A stretch of 64,000 nt of DNA from Acidilobaceae archaeon (GCA_025058835.1 JANXEI010000001.1:42311-106310), one strand, 5' to 3'; counted from the stretch's first letter, positions 52,743-62,068 are shown. Notes: generated by a model not told the origin, from the sequence alone. Translations and numbers: made by a program.

Positions 52743-53915
52743 TTGCTTCTCCGCATGCCGCCGAGGCTAGAGAGGTTCGGCGCTGTGACCATCTACGACG
52801 TGGCAGAGGTCATAGCTCTTGACAGCATGGGGCTGGTGAGCAACGAGGCCGTCTACGGCATCCCGCCGCAGCAGCTGGCGGAGCAGGCCAGCAGGACCTT
52901 TATAGTTATACCCACGAGGGACGAGGACCCCCTCCTGCTAGAGGGCGTGATCTCCTCCGTCCCCCTCCCCTCTCCTGTGGTGCTTGTCTCCGCCTCCTCC
53001 CTCGAGCCGCTTGACTTCTACAGCCATGAGCTAGAGGTGATCAGGACTCACGCAAGGCTCACGGGCAGGAGAGCTCTGGCCGTTCACCAGCACGACCCGG
53101 CCTGGAGGGAGGCATTGGAGGGCACGCCCCTGAAGGCCATGCTGGAGGGCGACGCTGTGAGGAGGGGGAAGGGGGAGGGAATGGTGCTCGGGGTGCTCGT
53201 TGCGAGCTGGCTTGGGGCTCAGTTCGTGGGCTTCATAGATGCAGATAACTACGTGCCTGGCGCTGTCCATGAGTACGCTCTAGCATACTACACGGGCTTC
53301 TCCCTCCTGAACAGCCGCTTCTCCATGGTGAGGGTGGCGTGGTATTACAAGGGCAAGCCAGACTCTTCTCATATGCTGTTCAGGAAGTGGGGCAGAGTCT
53401 CCTACCACGCGAACTCCCTTCTTAACCTCAGCGTCTCGCTATGTAGGCGAGTAGAGACGAACGTCATAAAGACCACTAACAGCGGCGAGCACGCCCTGAG
53501 CATGGAACTGGCGCTCAGCTTGCCATGGGCTGGCGGCTATGCCGTGGAGGCCTTTCAGCTGGTCTACCTGCTGGAGGCGTGCTATGTGCAGCTCGAGGGG
53601 GGAGGTAAGAGGTGCCCCTTCCTGCCGGCTGGGGTGAAGGTGCTCCAGGCGGAGACGAGGAACCCGCATATCCACAGCGAGAAAGGGGAGGCCCACCTGG
53701 CGCGCATGGCGGCAGAGAGCCTGGGCGCCCTGTACCACTCTGCCCTTGCCTTAGAGAAGGTGAGGGCAAAGGTGAGGGGCGTGCTGTCTGAGAACTACTA
53801 CGAGGAGGAGCCGCCCGCGCCCCGCATATACGAGCTGGAGGGGATCAACGCAAAAAAGGCGGTCTCAACGTACCTCGAGAGGAGCCTGCTGGCCTTCGAC
53901 AGCAGGAGGGGGTAG
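52743..53915 (+). CDS. mpgS: Mannosyl-3-phosphoglycerate synthase
   Basis: 390 aa with FGAVTIYDV, RRGKGEGMVLG, FVGFIDADNYVPGAV, WGRVS and NPHIHSEKGEAH. These closely parallel Pyrococcus MPGS as I recall it. Confidence 0.85.
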   Translation: MLLRMPPRLERFGAVTIYDVAEVIALDSMGLVSNEAVYGIPPQQLAEQASRTFIVIPTRDEDPLLLEGVISSVPLPSPVVLVSASSLEPLDFYSHELEVIRTHARLTGRRALAVHQHDPAWREALEGTPLKAMLEGDAVRRGKGEGMVLGVLVASWLGAQFVGFIDADNYVPGAVHEYALAYYTGFSLLNSRFSMVRVAWYYKGKPDSSHMLFRKWGRVSYHANSLLNLSVSLCRRVETNVIKTTNSGEHALSMELALSLPWAGGYAVEAFQLVYLLEACYVQLEGGGKRCPFLPAGVKVLQAETRNPHIHSEKGEAHLARMAAESLGALYHSALALEKVRAKVRGVLSENYYEEEPPAPRIYELEGINAKKAVSTYLERSLLAFDSRRG

Positions 53916-53917
53916 CA

Positions 53918-54691
53918 GTGATCGCTGTCATAAGCGACGTGGACGGCAGCATGATCGACGAGAAGGGGAGGGACGAAGGGGTAAAGGAGTCCTTGGAGCT
54001 GCTCTCCTCCCTGGGCATAAAGGTGGCCCTAGCTACCACGAAAACGGCAGCAGAGACGAAGGAGCTGTGGCGCAGGGTGGGAGCGGGGGAGCTGCTGGCA
54101 GCGGTAGAGCTGGGAGGAGCCCTTTGCTCTAGCTCCCCTCTCCCATACTCAGACTTCGAGGAAGGAGGCCTGGAGTGCCTCCTGCTCGGCTCGCCCATAG
54201 CTGAGTTCGAGGAGGAGATGGAGAGGGCCCTCGAGGGCTGCAGCTACGTGAGGCTCTCCAAGGCCACCCCTGCCCAAGCCTCAGAGATACTCGGCTTCCC
54301 CGAGGAGCTTGCGGCGCTCGCCGTTAGGAGGCAGCTCGTGGAGGTGATATGGAGCAGAGATCTCTCGTGCCTCCTCTCGCGGGTTGGGGAGCTCGAGAAG
54401 AGGGGGCTCAGGGCGATAGCCGGCTACCGCTTCCTGCACGTAGGGAGGCATGAGGGGAAGGGGAGGGCTATGGAGCTCATGAAGGCGCTGCTGCGTGCGA
54501 GGAAGTACATAGCTATAGGGGACTCGCCGCTGGATCGGGACATGCTGGAGATGGCTGACGTAGCCATAGTGATCCCGCGGGACGGCATGATAGACGTGAG
54601 GCCCAGGCGGGCTGACTACATAGTAGCCCCATACCCGGCGCCGCAGGGCTGGGTCTGGGCGAGCAGGCAAATAGCGCTCTCCCTCATCTAA
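53918..54691 (+). CDS. mpgP: Mannosyl-3-phosphoglycerate phosphatase (HAD superfamily)
   Basis: HAD motif I VISDVDGSM and a later GDSPLDRDM; immediately downstream of mpgS. Confidence 0.75.
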   Translation: MIAVISDVDGSMIDEKGRDEGVKESLELLSSLGIKVALATTKTAAETKELWRRVGAGELLAAVELGGALCSSSPLPYSDFEEGGLECLLLGSPIAEFEEEMERALEGCSYVRLSKATPAQASEILGFPEELAALAVRRQLVEVIWSRDLSCLLSRVGELEKRGLRAIAGYRFLHVGRHEGKGRAMELMKALLRARKYIAIGDSPLDRDMLEMADVAIVIPRDGMIDVRPRRADYIVAPYPAPQGWVWASRQIALSLI

Positions 54692-54721
54692 CCTCTTAAG
54701 TGTTCGCTAACTAGGGACTGC

Positions 54722-54795
54722 GGGCCCGTAGCTCAGCTTGGTGGAGCGCCCGGCTGATAACCGGGAGGTCGGGGGTTCAAATCCCCCCGGGCCCA
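54722..54795 (+). tRNA. tRNA-Ile (anticodon GAT)
   Basis: GGGCCCG-TA-GCTC-AGCTTGGTG-GAGC-G-CCCGG-CTGATAA-CCGGG-AGGTC-GGGGG-TTCAAAT-CCCCC-CGGGCCC-A. Confidence 0.9.
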
Positions 54796-55731
54796 CTGCA
54801 GCACTCCCTCACAGAGCACCTCGGTTATGTCCACGTATTGAACCCTGGGATCTTTGGGCGGCAGGGTGTTGGATGCAACGATTCTGTCGGCCACCTCCAG
54901 CACCCTGTCCACGGAGCCCTCCAGGCCGAGGTGGTGCACCACCATCACCTCCACCCTCCTCGCCCCCCTCTCCTTGAGGGCCCTCGCCACCTTTGCCACC
55001 GTTCCCCCGGTGCTGAGCACGTCGTCTACCACCAGCGCTGCTCTACCCTCTAGAGAGCCAGGGGGAACCCCCACCTCTATCTCCCCCGTGTACCTATCTC
55101 TCCTCTTCTCCACGCACCAGAGGGGCGCCCCGAGGACCTCTGCGACCTGTTTAGCTCTATCAACGCCCCCTGCATCCGGCGATATAACAGCCACGTCCCT
55201 CCACTCCCCTCTCTTCGCCATGAACCGGAGGGGCTTGAGGTGGATCACGTTGCCGGGGAAGTAGGAGAGGGCCCTCTCGCTGTGGGCCTCCGCAACTATG
55301 AGGGTCTCTGCGCCGAGGGAGGAGAAGGCCTTCAGGAGTGCCCTTATGCTCACTGCCTCCCCCGGGAGGAACTCCCTGTCCTGGCGCGCGTAGGGCAAGT
55401 AGGGGAGCAGCAGCGCAACTCTATCTGCTCTGCTCACAGCATCGAGCAGGAGGAGTATCTCCGTCAAGGCCTCGGCCTGGGGCGGCTCTGCTGACTGCAC
55501 TATCAGCACCCTCTGCCCCCTCACGTCCTCCTCCAGCTTTACGTACCTCTCCCCGTCGGGGAAGACCCTCCACCTGGGGAGGGAGACTTTTCCCTCCCCA
55601 CACTTTGCAACCCTCTCTGCAGTTACTAGCGCGTGCTGCCGCGAGCCGGGCACAACTAGCAAGCAGACCCCTCGCTCTCTATCCCCGCAAGCCCTTAAAG
55701 GTGAGGAAGACGAGAGGGTTGTACCAAGCAA
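54733..55731 (-). CDS. prs: Ribose-phosphate pyrophosphokinase (PRPP synthetase)
   Basis: RVFPDGERYVKLEEDVRGQRVLIVQS and the PRPP loop LVVDDVLSTGGTV. The annotated start overlaps the upstream gene and may be too long. The last ~20 codons run antisense through tRNA-Ile. Confidence 0.8.
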   Translation of the reverse strand: MLGTTLSSSSPLRACGDRERGVCLLVVPGSRQHALVTAERVAKCGEGKVSLPRWRVFPDGERYVKLEEDVRGQRVLIVQSAEPPQAEALTEILLLLDAVSRADRVALLLPYLPYARQDREFLPGEAVSIRALLKAFSSLGAETLIVAEAHSERALSYFPGNVIHLKPLRFMAKRGEWRDVAVISPDAGGVDRAKQVAEVLGAPLWCVEKRRDRYTGEIEVGVPPGSLEGRAALVVDDVLSTGGTVAKVARALKERGARRVEVMVVHHLGLEGSVDRVLEVADRIVASNTLPPKDPRVQYVDITEVLCEGVLQWARGDLNPRPPGYQPGAPPS

Positions 55732-56533
55732 CCCCCTCCCTAGCTAGCCGCAGGAGGGTCCTGCTGCTCCTCTCCCTCGCGGTGCCGAACAGCGGGAGCT
55801 CCCTTCCGCACCTCTTACAAGCCCTCCCCTCAACATAGCTCCCCCTGAGCGACCTGTCGTCTCGGGCCAGCACTATGGTGCTGCACTGGGGACAATAGGT
55901 GTCTAGCTCGGAGAAGAGGTCTGCGTGGAGGTAAACAAATGGGAGCTTCCTCCTCAGCCTCTCGTACAGGGCCCTCTCCGCGCCTCCCTTGGGGTCGAGG
56001 GAGACGTGGAGGGCTCTGGCCTTCTCTGCCACCTCCAGGAGTTCCCCGAGGGCCTCCTCTCGGGCCTCGGGCAAGTGAACGAGGAGCTCAAAGGGAACCC
56101 CGCTAGAGTGGAGGTGCTCTGCAGTGCTGATCACCTCCTTGCGCAAGTTCTCCCCAACCAGCCAGCTAACGTCCTCGAGCAGCACGTAATCTGCTTCAGG
56201 CCTCGAGAAGCCGTGGGCTCTGGTCGCTACGGTGAGATCGCGGGCTGCCTCCCTCAGGGCTCTCCCGTGCTCCCACGGCTCAAAGCCGTCGAGGAAGAGG
56301 ACATCTGCCCGCCAACGCTTTGACAGATTGACTATGGTTTCAGCTGGCAGAGATATAGGGGAGAAAGCCTCTGGGCCCCTCATCCACTCGCATATCTCCC
56401 GCTTCGACTCCCTACACTGCATGGTTCGAGCAGGCCTAGCAACGACGCGGGCAGCTGAGCCGCCAGGGAAGAGGTGGTACAGGGGGATGGACTCGAGGGT
56501 GGAGAGGCCTATCAGTATTACCTCAACGTTCAT
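55679..56533 (-). CDS. PflA/AmmeMemoRadiSam-type radical-SAM homolog with a degenerate Fe-S cluster motif
   Basis: IPLYHLFPGGS is followed by ARTMQCRESKREICEW where the family has GCNxxCxxCQNW. The C-terminal CPQC...CKRCG ribbon is retained. Confidence 0.4.
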   Translation of the reverse strand: MNVEVILIGLSTLESIPLYHLFPGGSAARVVARPARTMQCRESKREICEWMRGPEAFSPISLPAETIVNLSKRWRADVLFLDGFEPWEHGRALREAARDLTVATRAHGFSRPEADYVLLEDVSWLVGENLRKEVISTAEHLHSSGVPFELLVHLPEAREEALGELLEVAEKARALHVSLDPKGGAERALYERLRRKLPFVYLHADLFSELDTYCPQCSTIVLARDDRSLRGSYVEGRACKRCGRELPLFGTARERSSRTLLRLAREGVAWYNPLVFLTFKGLRG

Positions 56534-56570
56534 TGCAAGCTTTTCTAGCAGGGCCTCGCCTTATTACCTC

Positions 56571-56960
56571 ATGCGGGAGGAGAAGGGAGAGATGAGTTAC
56601 CGGGACCCAGAGATCGTGAAGAAGATGACGAGGCTAGTGGCTGAAGGGGCTGTGATGCTTGCAGAAATGTGCCCTCTCGACGGCCTACCCCTCTTCAAGC
56701 TAAAGAGCGGGGAAGTTGTCTGCCCCTCCCACGGCAAGGTTCACATAGTGAAGAGCGAAGAGGAAGCGGTGGAGGTGGAGGTAGAGTACTTGCTTAGGGA
56801 CATCTTGAGGGCCGCGGTGAGGAGGGCGAAGGAGGCTGTGGAAGAAGAGGACGCGGAAGAGGCGCTCCGCTGGCTCTCGGTAGCAGAGGCTGCAGGCAGG
56901 ATCAGGGCCCGGCAGGAGAAGGGGGAGGAGAAGGCGCGAGAGGGGACAAAGCAAAGTTAA
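56571..56960 (+). CDS. UPF0148 / Sjogren's-scleroderma autoantigen-1-like zinc-ribbon protein
   Basis: Starts at ATG 56571 (MREEKGEMS). LAEMCPLDGLPLFKLKSGEVVCPSHG is followed by an acidic coiled-coil tail. The upstream part of the track ORF is antisense to the previous gene. Confidence 0.5.
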   Translation: MREEKGEMSYRDPEIVKKMTRLVAEGAVMLAEMCPLDGLPLFKLKSGEVVCPSHGKVHIVKSEEEAVEVEVEYLLRDILRAAVRRAKEAVEEEDAEEALRWLSVAEAAGRIRARQEKGEEKAREGTKQS

Positions 56961-57001
56961 CGGGAAGCGAAAATAATAAGGGCATACCTATTTTTATCCC
57001 G

Positions 57002-57655
57002 GTGCACAAAATGTCCCAGATCTCCCTGAGCAAGGAGCAGGCAAGGAGCAGGGTTAGAGGAGAGCTAGTAGGAATAGCAGTTTACGTAGTGCTATACATC
57101 ATCGTAGGAGCCCTCCTCTCGCTGCTGCTCTCCAACGTGTCAGCCTACTTTGAGGAGTTATCGCCGACAGTGGCTGCTGTAGAGCCTTACGTAGGGATCC
57201 TGCTCATCCTCATCTTCGGTTACCTAATCGTAGGGAGGGCTGCGAACGCCGCCTTTTACTCCATCTACGCTAGGAGCGAGGACGTAGCTGTCGCAGCAGC
57301 AGTGAAGAACGCCATCTTCCTTCTGGGGCTCGGAGCCCTCGTGGTCATAATAATTGGCGGCGCTGTGGGCGGCAGTGCAGCCCTAGCCCTCGCTGGCTTC
57401 CTCGCAGTCGCGATAGGCTTTGCTACCCAGCAGGTGCTCTCCCAGGTCTTGGCTGGCTTCTTCCTCGTGATCGTTAGGCCCTTCAAGCTGCTGGTCGACA
57501 GGGTCATAGTGGCGGGAGAGGAGGGCTATGTGCAAGAGATAAACGTGGTCTACACTAGGCTCACTAAGGACGACAAAACCATAGTGCTGATACCCAACTC
57601 GGCTCTATTGGGGAACAAGGTATACATACTGACGGAGAAAGAAAGGAAGGGCTAG
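57002..57655 (+). CDS. Small-conductance mechanosensitive channel (MscS family)
   Basis: Three TM segments followed by [23 protein letters not shown]...G.V.EI......L...D...V.IPNS. Confidence 0.75.
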   Translation: MHKMSQISLSKEQARSRVRGELVGIAVYVVLYIIVGALLSLLLSNVSAYFEELSPTVAAVEPYVGILLILIFGYLIVGRAANAAFYSIYARSEDVAVAAAVKNAIFLLGLGALVVIIIGGAVGGSAALALAGFLAVAIGFATQQVLSQVLAGFFLVIVRPFKLLVDRVIVAGEEGYVQEINVVYTRLTKDDKTIVLIPNSALLGNKVYILTEKERKG

Positions 57656-58641
57656 TACTTCTCCCTAGCCCTCTGAGCTGCCAAAACCATGTTTTTCATC
57701 TTCTCCCTCGCTATCTCCCTCGGCAACCTCTTCATCCCGCAGTCAGGCTTCACATAGGCCTTCTCGGGACCTACCACATCTGCTCTCATGACCCTGTCAA
57801 TGGCTGCCTCCACCTCCTCCACGCTCTCCACCTGGAGCTTGTGAACGTCCACCGCCCCGAAGGCAAGCTCCTTGTTGTAACCGTACTCCTTTAGGTAGGG
57901 CAGCAGCCTGAAGTCGCTGTTCACCATCTCCAGGTCGAACTGATCTACGGGGTAATCGAGTATGTAGGGCAGTATCTTCTCCAGCTTCCCATAGCATATG
58001 TGAACTATCCTCTTCGCCCCTATGCCCCTGAATATGATGTCCAGCGCCTCCTTCAGCAGCTCTGCGTCCTCCCTCCAAGGCCTGGTGGAGAGGGCAGGCT
58101 CATCCACCTGGATGTACTGAGCCCCTGCCCTGACCAGCTCCTCCACCTCCCGCCGGATGGCCTTGGCGAGGTCAAGGATGAGCTCCCTCCTGTCCTTGTA
58201 ATGGAGGTCGAAGCTCCACTCCATCATGGTGTAAGGGCCTGTCAGGATGCCCTTCACAGGCCTCCCCTGCGAGATGCTTGAGGCGAACCTCCAGTGATCT
58301 ACTGTCATGGGCGCGACCCACTCCAGCCTGCTCGATATGATGGGCTTCCTGAAGTACTCGTTGTCGAAGATCCTGACCCAGTCCCCTACCGCGTAACCTC
58401 TCATCCTCTCAGCAAAGTATACTACCATGTCCTCCCTTGCCTGCTCCCCGTCGCTGATTATGTCCACGCCAGCCCACAGGTGATCTTCAACGGCCTCCCT
58501 TATGGCAGGCTTCACGAGCTCTCTGAACTCCTCCTCACTCACCTCCCCCGCCTTCCTCCTCCTGATGGCCTCCTGGGCTGCTGAAAACTTAGGGTAGCTC
58601 CCTACGATGGTGGTGGGGAACTTCTTGGGCACGCTGTACAC
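57652..58641 (-). CDS. metE: Cobalamin-independent methionine synthase, catalytic (MetE C-terminal-like) protein
   Basis: 329 aa with IVHICYG and VKPDCGMK zinc-ligand motifs. Confidence 0.75.
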   Translation of the reverse strand: MYSVPKKFPTTIVGSYPKFSAAQEAIRRRKAGEVSEEEFRELVKPAIREAVEDHLWAGVDIISDGEQAREDMVVYFAERMRGYAVGDWVRIFDNEYFRKPIISSRLEWVAPMTVDHWRFASSISQGRPVKGILTGPYTMMEWSFDLHYKDRRELILDLAKAIRREVEELVRAGAQYIQVDEPALSTRPWREDAELLKEALDIIFRGIGAKRIVHICYGKLEKILPYILDYPVDQFDLEMVNSDFRLLPYLKEYGYNKELAFGAVDVHKLQVESVEEVEAAIDRVMRADVVGPEKAYVKPDCGMKRLPREIAREKMKNMVLAAQRAREKY

Positions 58642-59616
58642 CTACCTCACCCCCAACCTCTGGGCAAGCAGGCCCAATATGCGGGCCTTCCTGATGCCGT
58701 ACTCGTAGGGCAGGAGGTCTAGCCAGGTGCTGGTGGTAACGCCGGGCTCCCCCTCGTAACCTTTCGTCAGGGAGAGGAAGAGCTCCTCCAGCTTGCCCAG
58801 ATCGTCGTCGTAAACGTTCCTAGCGTTTATGAGCCCGAGCGCTGCGCAGCCCTCCTTTAGCCCCTTGCTGGCTATTAGCTTTGCAGCCCTCTCTGGAGCA
58901 TCTATTACGTCAAGGGAGAGGCAGCTGACCTTTGCCTCAAGCAGCGCCTCGTACACCTCAGCCTTTGGCACATCGAAGTAGACAGCTAGGATGGTCTTGG
59001 CCTCCCCTGCCTCCTTGGCAACTTTGCTAGCTAGCTCTGCTGCAAGGACCGCCTCGTCCCTCTCTGCCTCCTGGTCCGAGAGGAGGGGCTCGTCTATCTG
59101 CACTGCCCTAGCTCCCGCCTCTACCGCTGCCCTCACCTCGCTCCCCATCAGCTTTGCTATTGCCTCCGCCAGCTCCTCCCTCTCCAGCCCCCTCACCTCT
59201 GACATAGCGGCAAAGGTGTAAGGGCCGGGGAGCACCACCTTGAGGCCTGCCGGCTCGGCAAGCTTTGCAAACCTCCTAACCCTCGGGGCTAGCACGAGGC
59301 CCTTCGGCTCTGGCTTGCCAGTGAAGAGTGGGATCCGGTAGAAGTAGTTGTTGTCGAAGTACCTCAGGAGCCCCGTTGGCGTGACGTTCCTCCAAGACTC
59401 CACGAAAGGCCTGAAGATGTCGTGCCAGTCCACCATCCCATCCGTCACGTAGGTGAGGCCCGCTGCCAGTTGAGCTCCGATGAGAAGGGCGGAGGCCTCT
59501 GCCACCGCGGCCTCCAGCTCTCCATGCGTCACGCTCCCCCTCTCGTAATCCCTCAGGACCTTCCTCACATGCCTGCTCCGCGGGAAACCCCCGAGCACAG
59601 AGCTCCAGGCTCCCAC
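58642..59616 (-). CDS. MetE N-terminal-domain-like protein (split methionine synthase partner)
   Basis: 324 aa with a UROD/MetE-like barrel and no zinc-ligand Cys motif. It directly abuts the catalytic homolog. Confidence 0.6.
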   Translation of the reverse strand: MGAWSSVLGGFPRSRHVRKVLRDYERGSVTHGELEAAVAEASALLIGAQLAAGLTYVTDGMVDWHDIFRPFVESWRNVTPTGLLRYFDNNYFYRIPLFTGKPEPKGLVLAPRVRRFAKLAEPAGLKVVLPGPYTFAAMSEVRGLEREELAEAIAKLMGSEVRAAVEAGARAVQIDEPLLSDQEAERDEAVLAAELASKVAKEAGEAKTILAVYFDVPKAEVYEALLEAKVSCLSLDVIDAPERAAKLIASKGLKEGCAALGLINARNVYDDDLGKLEELFLSLTKGYEGEPGVTTSTWLDLLPYEYGIRKARILGLLAQRLGVR

Positions 59617-59812
59617 GAGTACCGCCGAGAGGGCAGGGTCAGGTCTGCGGCTTTAAGCATGGGCTCGCCCGGTCCGCGAACTCTTCACGCTTCAGCCAAC
59701 CTAGCGGAGCTCATCGCCGCGTTCGCCTAGAGCAGGAGAGCCTAAAACTCCGCGATAAAGCTTAATTACCTCCATTGTTACTCCGGAAAGTAGCTAAAGA
59801 GGTGGTAAGGAG

Positions 59813-61237
59813 GTGGTCCAAGAATTCAAGAAAGTTGTAGGGCTGTTGTTGTTGATTTTGATGATCGGTTCTCTCGCTGCTCAGGCACAGCAGCTGAAGC
59901 CTGAGGAGATAGCCATCAACATCATGGGCTTCGACGAGGTCACCGACTTCCTCGTCGAGGCTGCAGCCTACCCAGAGTTAGAGAAGGTGAAGTGGTACGG
60001 GAGCGACGGCAGCGCCCTGTCCCCGAAAGTTACCGGCACCCCCGCTGCGGCTAGGCTAGCGGCAAAGGGAGTGTGGAAGAACCCCACCTTCTTCAGCCTC
60101 TCCGACCTGGGCATAAGAGTTTACTGGCTCGTAAGGGACAAGGTGGGCTACTCGCCCGACGCGTACATCTTCCCCAGCTATGACGCTGTATGGGTAATGG
60201 GCCTAGCCATAGTCGCTGCCGGCGATCCGAGGAACGTGGACGCTGTGGCAGAGCTGGTGCCGACGATAGCTCAGGAGATATATGTGGGCGCCTCTGGCAA
60301 GATAGTGCTTAACGCTAATGGAGACAGGGCCGGCGGCGACTACGCCACCTTCGTCGTGAGAGAGGTGAGCCCCAACAAGTTCGAGTGGAAGATCGTATCG
60401 ATCTACGACTTCGCCAAGAACGCCATTTCAGAGGTGAAGGAAGATCCGCTGGCTCAGAAGCCCGCCCAGCTCCCAGCAGCTCTGCCCTCTGTCGACCTGG
60501 CTAAGTTCAGAGGCTTGATCCGTGCAACCCCCGCTGCGGCACAGGAGGTCACCATTGCTGTGTTGTACCCGATAAGCGGTGATCTCAGCGGCATGGGCAG
60601 GGCCAACTCTGAGGCTGTGAGGATAGCTGTGGAGGACCTGAACAAGTGGCTCAGGGACAACGGCTTCCGCTTCAGCTTCAGGCTAGACATAAGGGACAGC
60701 GAGACTAAGCCGGAGACCGCAGAGAGCCTGTTCAGGACCCTCCACGCGGCGGGCATAAGGTACTTCCTAGGCCCCATGACCAGTGGGGAGCTCGGCAGGA
60801 TCATGGGAACCATGGAGGGCGCTGGCCTCAAGGCGGTCATAATTAGCCCCTCCAGCACCTCTCCGGCTCTTGCAAAGAGGGACAGCGTCTACAGGCTCCC
60901 GCCGCCAGACGACTTCCAGGGCAAGGTGCTCGCGCAGCTCTACAAGGCTGACGGAGTGAAGAGCGTCATCATAGTCTACAGGAGCGACGACTGGGGCAAG
61001 GCTCTAGCAGAGCTCACGAAGAAGGAGGCAGAGGCCCTGGGCATAAAGGTGGAGCAGATGATAGGTTACGACCCCAAGAGCCCCAACTTCAAGCCCATCG
61101 TTGAGCAAGTAAGGAGCACCGTCAACAGGCTTGCGCCGCAGGAGGCAGCCATATCGCCGCTCCTCATCGGAGCAGCCATAGTTGCGATCATAGTTATAGC
61201 AGCCGCTGCCTACTTCCTGTTCCTGAGGAGGAAGTAA
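59813..61237 (+). CDS. Liv-type substrate-binding protein, apparently circularly permuted, with Sec signal and C-terminal TM anchor
   Basis: Residues ~250-440 carry the motifs normally found at the N-terminus of LivJ/K (VTIAVLYPISGDLSGMGRANSEAVRIAVEDLN, GPMTSGE, ISPSSTS, VYRLPP). Residues ~40-215 carry the normally C-terminal ones (KWYGSDG, YDAVWVMGLAIVAAG, GASGKIVLNANGDR). The C-terminal helix is LLIGAAIVAIIVIAAAAYFLFLRRK. Confidence 0.7.
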   Translation: MVQEFKKVVGLLLLILMIGSLAAQAQQLKPEEIAINIMGFDEVTDFLVEAAAYPELEKVKWYGSDGSALSPKVTGTPAAARLAAKGVWKNPTFFSLSDLGIRVYWLVRDKVGYSPDAYIFPSYDAVWVMGLAIVAAGDPRNVDAVAELVPTIAQEIYVGASGKIVLNANGDRAGGDYATFVVREVSPNKFEWKIVSIYDFAKNAISEVKEDPLAQKPAQLPAALPSVDLAKFRGLIRATPAAAQEVTIAVLYPISGDLSGMGRANSEAVRIAVEDLNKWLRDNGFRFSFRLDIRDSETKPETAESLFRTLHAAGIRYFLGPMTSGELGRIMGTMEGAGLKAVIISPSSTSPALAKRDSVYRLPPPDDFQGKVLAQLYKADGVKSVIIVYRSDDWGKALAELTKKEAEALGIKVEQMIGYDPKSPNFKPIVEQVRSTVNRLAPQEAAISPLLIGAAIVAIIVIAAAAYFLFLRRK

Positions 61238-61288
61238 ACCAAATCTTTTTTAGCCCCATTTCCAAATACCTTTTGGTGTCCAAATAAG

Positions 61289-62068
61289 GTGGGAGTGGTA
61301 AATCTAGAGAACCCTATATTAAGGGTCACAGGAGTCTCGAAGTACTTCGGCAAGCTTAAGGCGCTCGACAACGTGAGCGTGGAGATCCCGAGGGGGGCAG
61401 TGACCCTGCTCATAGGCCCTAACGGGAGCGGGAAGACGACGCTTGTCAACGTAATAAGCGGCGCCCTCATGCCCGACAGCGGCACCGTAGAGTTTGAGGG
61501 CAGGGACATAACGAGGCTCCCGCCTCACGAGAGGTTCAAGCTGGGCATAGTGAGGAGCTACCAGATCCCGAGGCTGTTCCCAGGGTTGAGCGTGTTGGAG
61601 AACGTGCTGATAGGCCGCGACGGCAACCCGGGGGAGGGGATGGTCTCAGGCATCTTGAAGGGGAGGTGGGAAGAGTACGAGACCAGGGCTACTGAGGATG
61701 CGTTGGCAAAGCTCAAGTTCCTGGGCTTGCTGGGTGTGGCAGAGAAGAAGACCAGCGAGCTCAGCGGGGGTCAGCTGAAGCTGCTAGAGATGGCGAGGAG
61801 CACCATGTCCTTGAAGCCAAAGCTCATCTTGCTGGACGAGCCCACAGCGGGAGTGGTGCCCTCCCTAGCTCACGAGATGCTTGCCCTGGTGAAGAAGATG
61901 AGCGTAGAGCTTGGGATAACTTTCCTAGTAGTGGAGCACAGGCTTGACATAGCTGCGAACTATGCTGACTATGCCTACGCTTTACACCTAGGCAGCGTTG
62001 TTGCGAGAGGGAGGCCCAAGGAGGTCATGAGCGATCCTAAGCTAGTGGAGATTTACATCGGTGATTGA
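61289..62068 (+). CDS. livG: Branched-chain amino acid ABC transporter ATP-binding protein (LivG type)
   Basis: GPNGSGKTT, LSGGQLKLLEMA and LLDEPTAG motifs. Confidence 0.85.
   Translation: MGVVNLENPILRVTGVSKYFGKLKALDNVSVEIPRGAVTLLIGPNGSGKTTLVNVISGALMPDSGTVEFEGRDITRLPPHERFKLGIVRSYQIPRLFPGLSVLENVLIGRDGNPGEGMVSGILKGRWEEYETRATEDALAKLKFLGLLGVAEKKTSELSGGQLKLLEMARSTMSLKPKLILLDEPTAGVVPSLAHEMLALVKKMSVELGITFLVVEHRLDIAANYADYAYALHLGSVVARGRPKEVMSDPKLVEIYIGD

Noticed and set aside
56232-56570. This is the N-terminal 113 codons of the track ORF 56232..56960.
   Set aside because: It is antisense to the radical-SAM-like gene and Arg/Ser-rich. The UPF0148-like motif region starts after the ATG at 56571, in the intergenic gap.
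59617-59812. This ~195-nt untranslated region lies upstream of the MetE-like genes and before the second liv operon. I considered a riboswitch or other structured leader.
   Set aside because: I found no recognisable SAM or cobalamin riboswitch core, and such riboswitches are not established in Crenarchaeota. The region is a divergent promoter spacer, and I could not identify a convincing conserved structure by eye.
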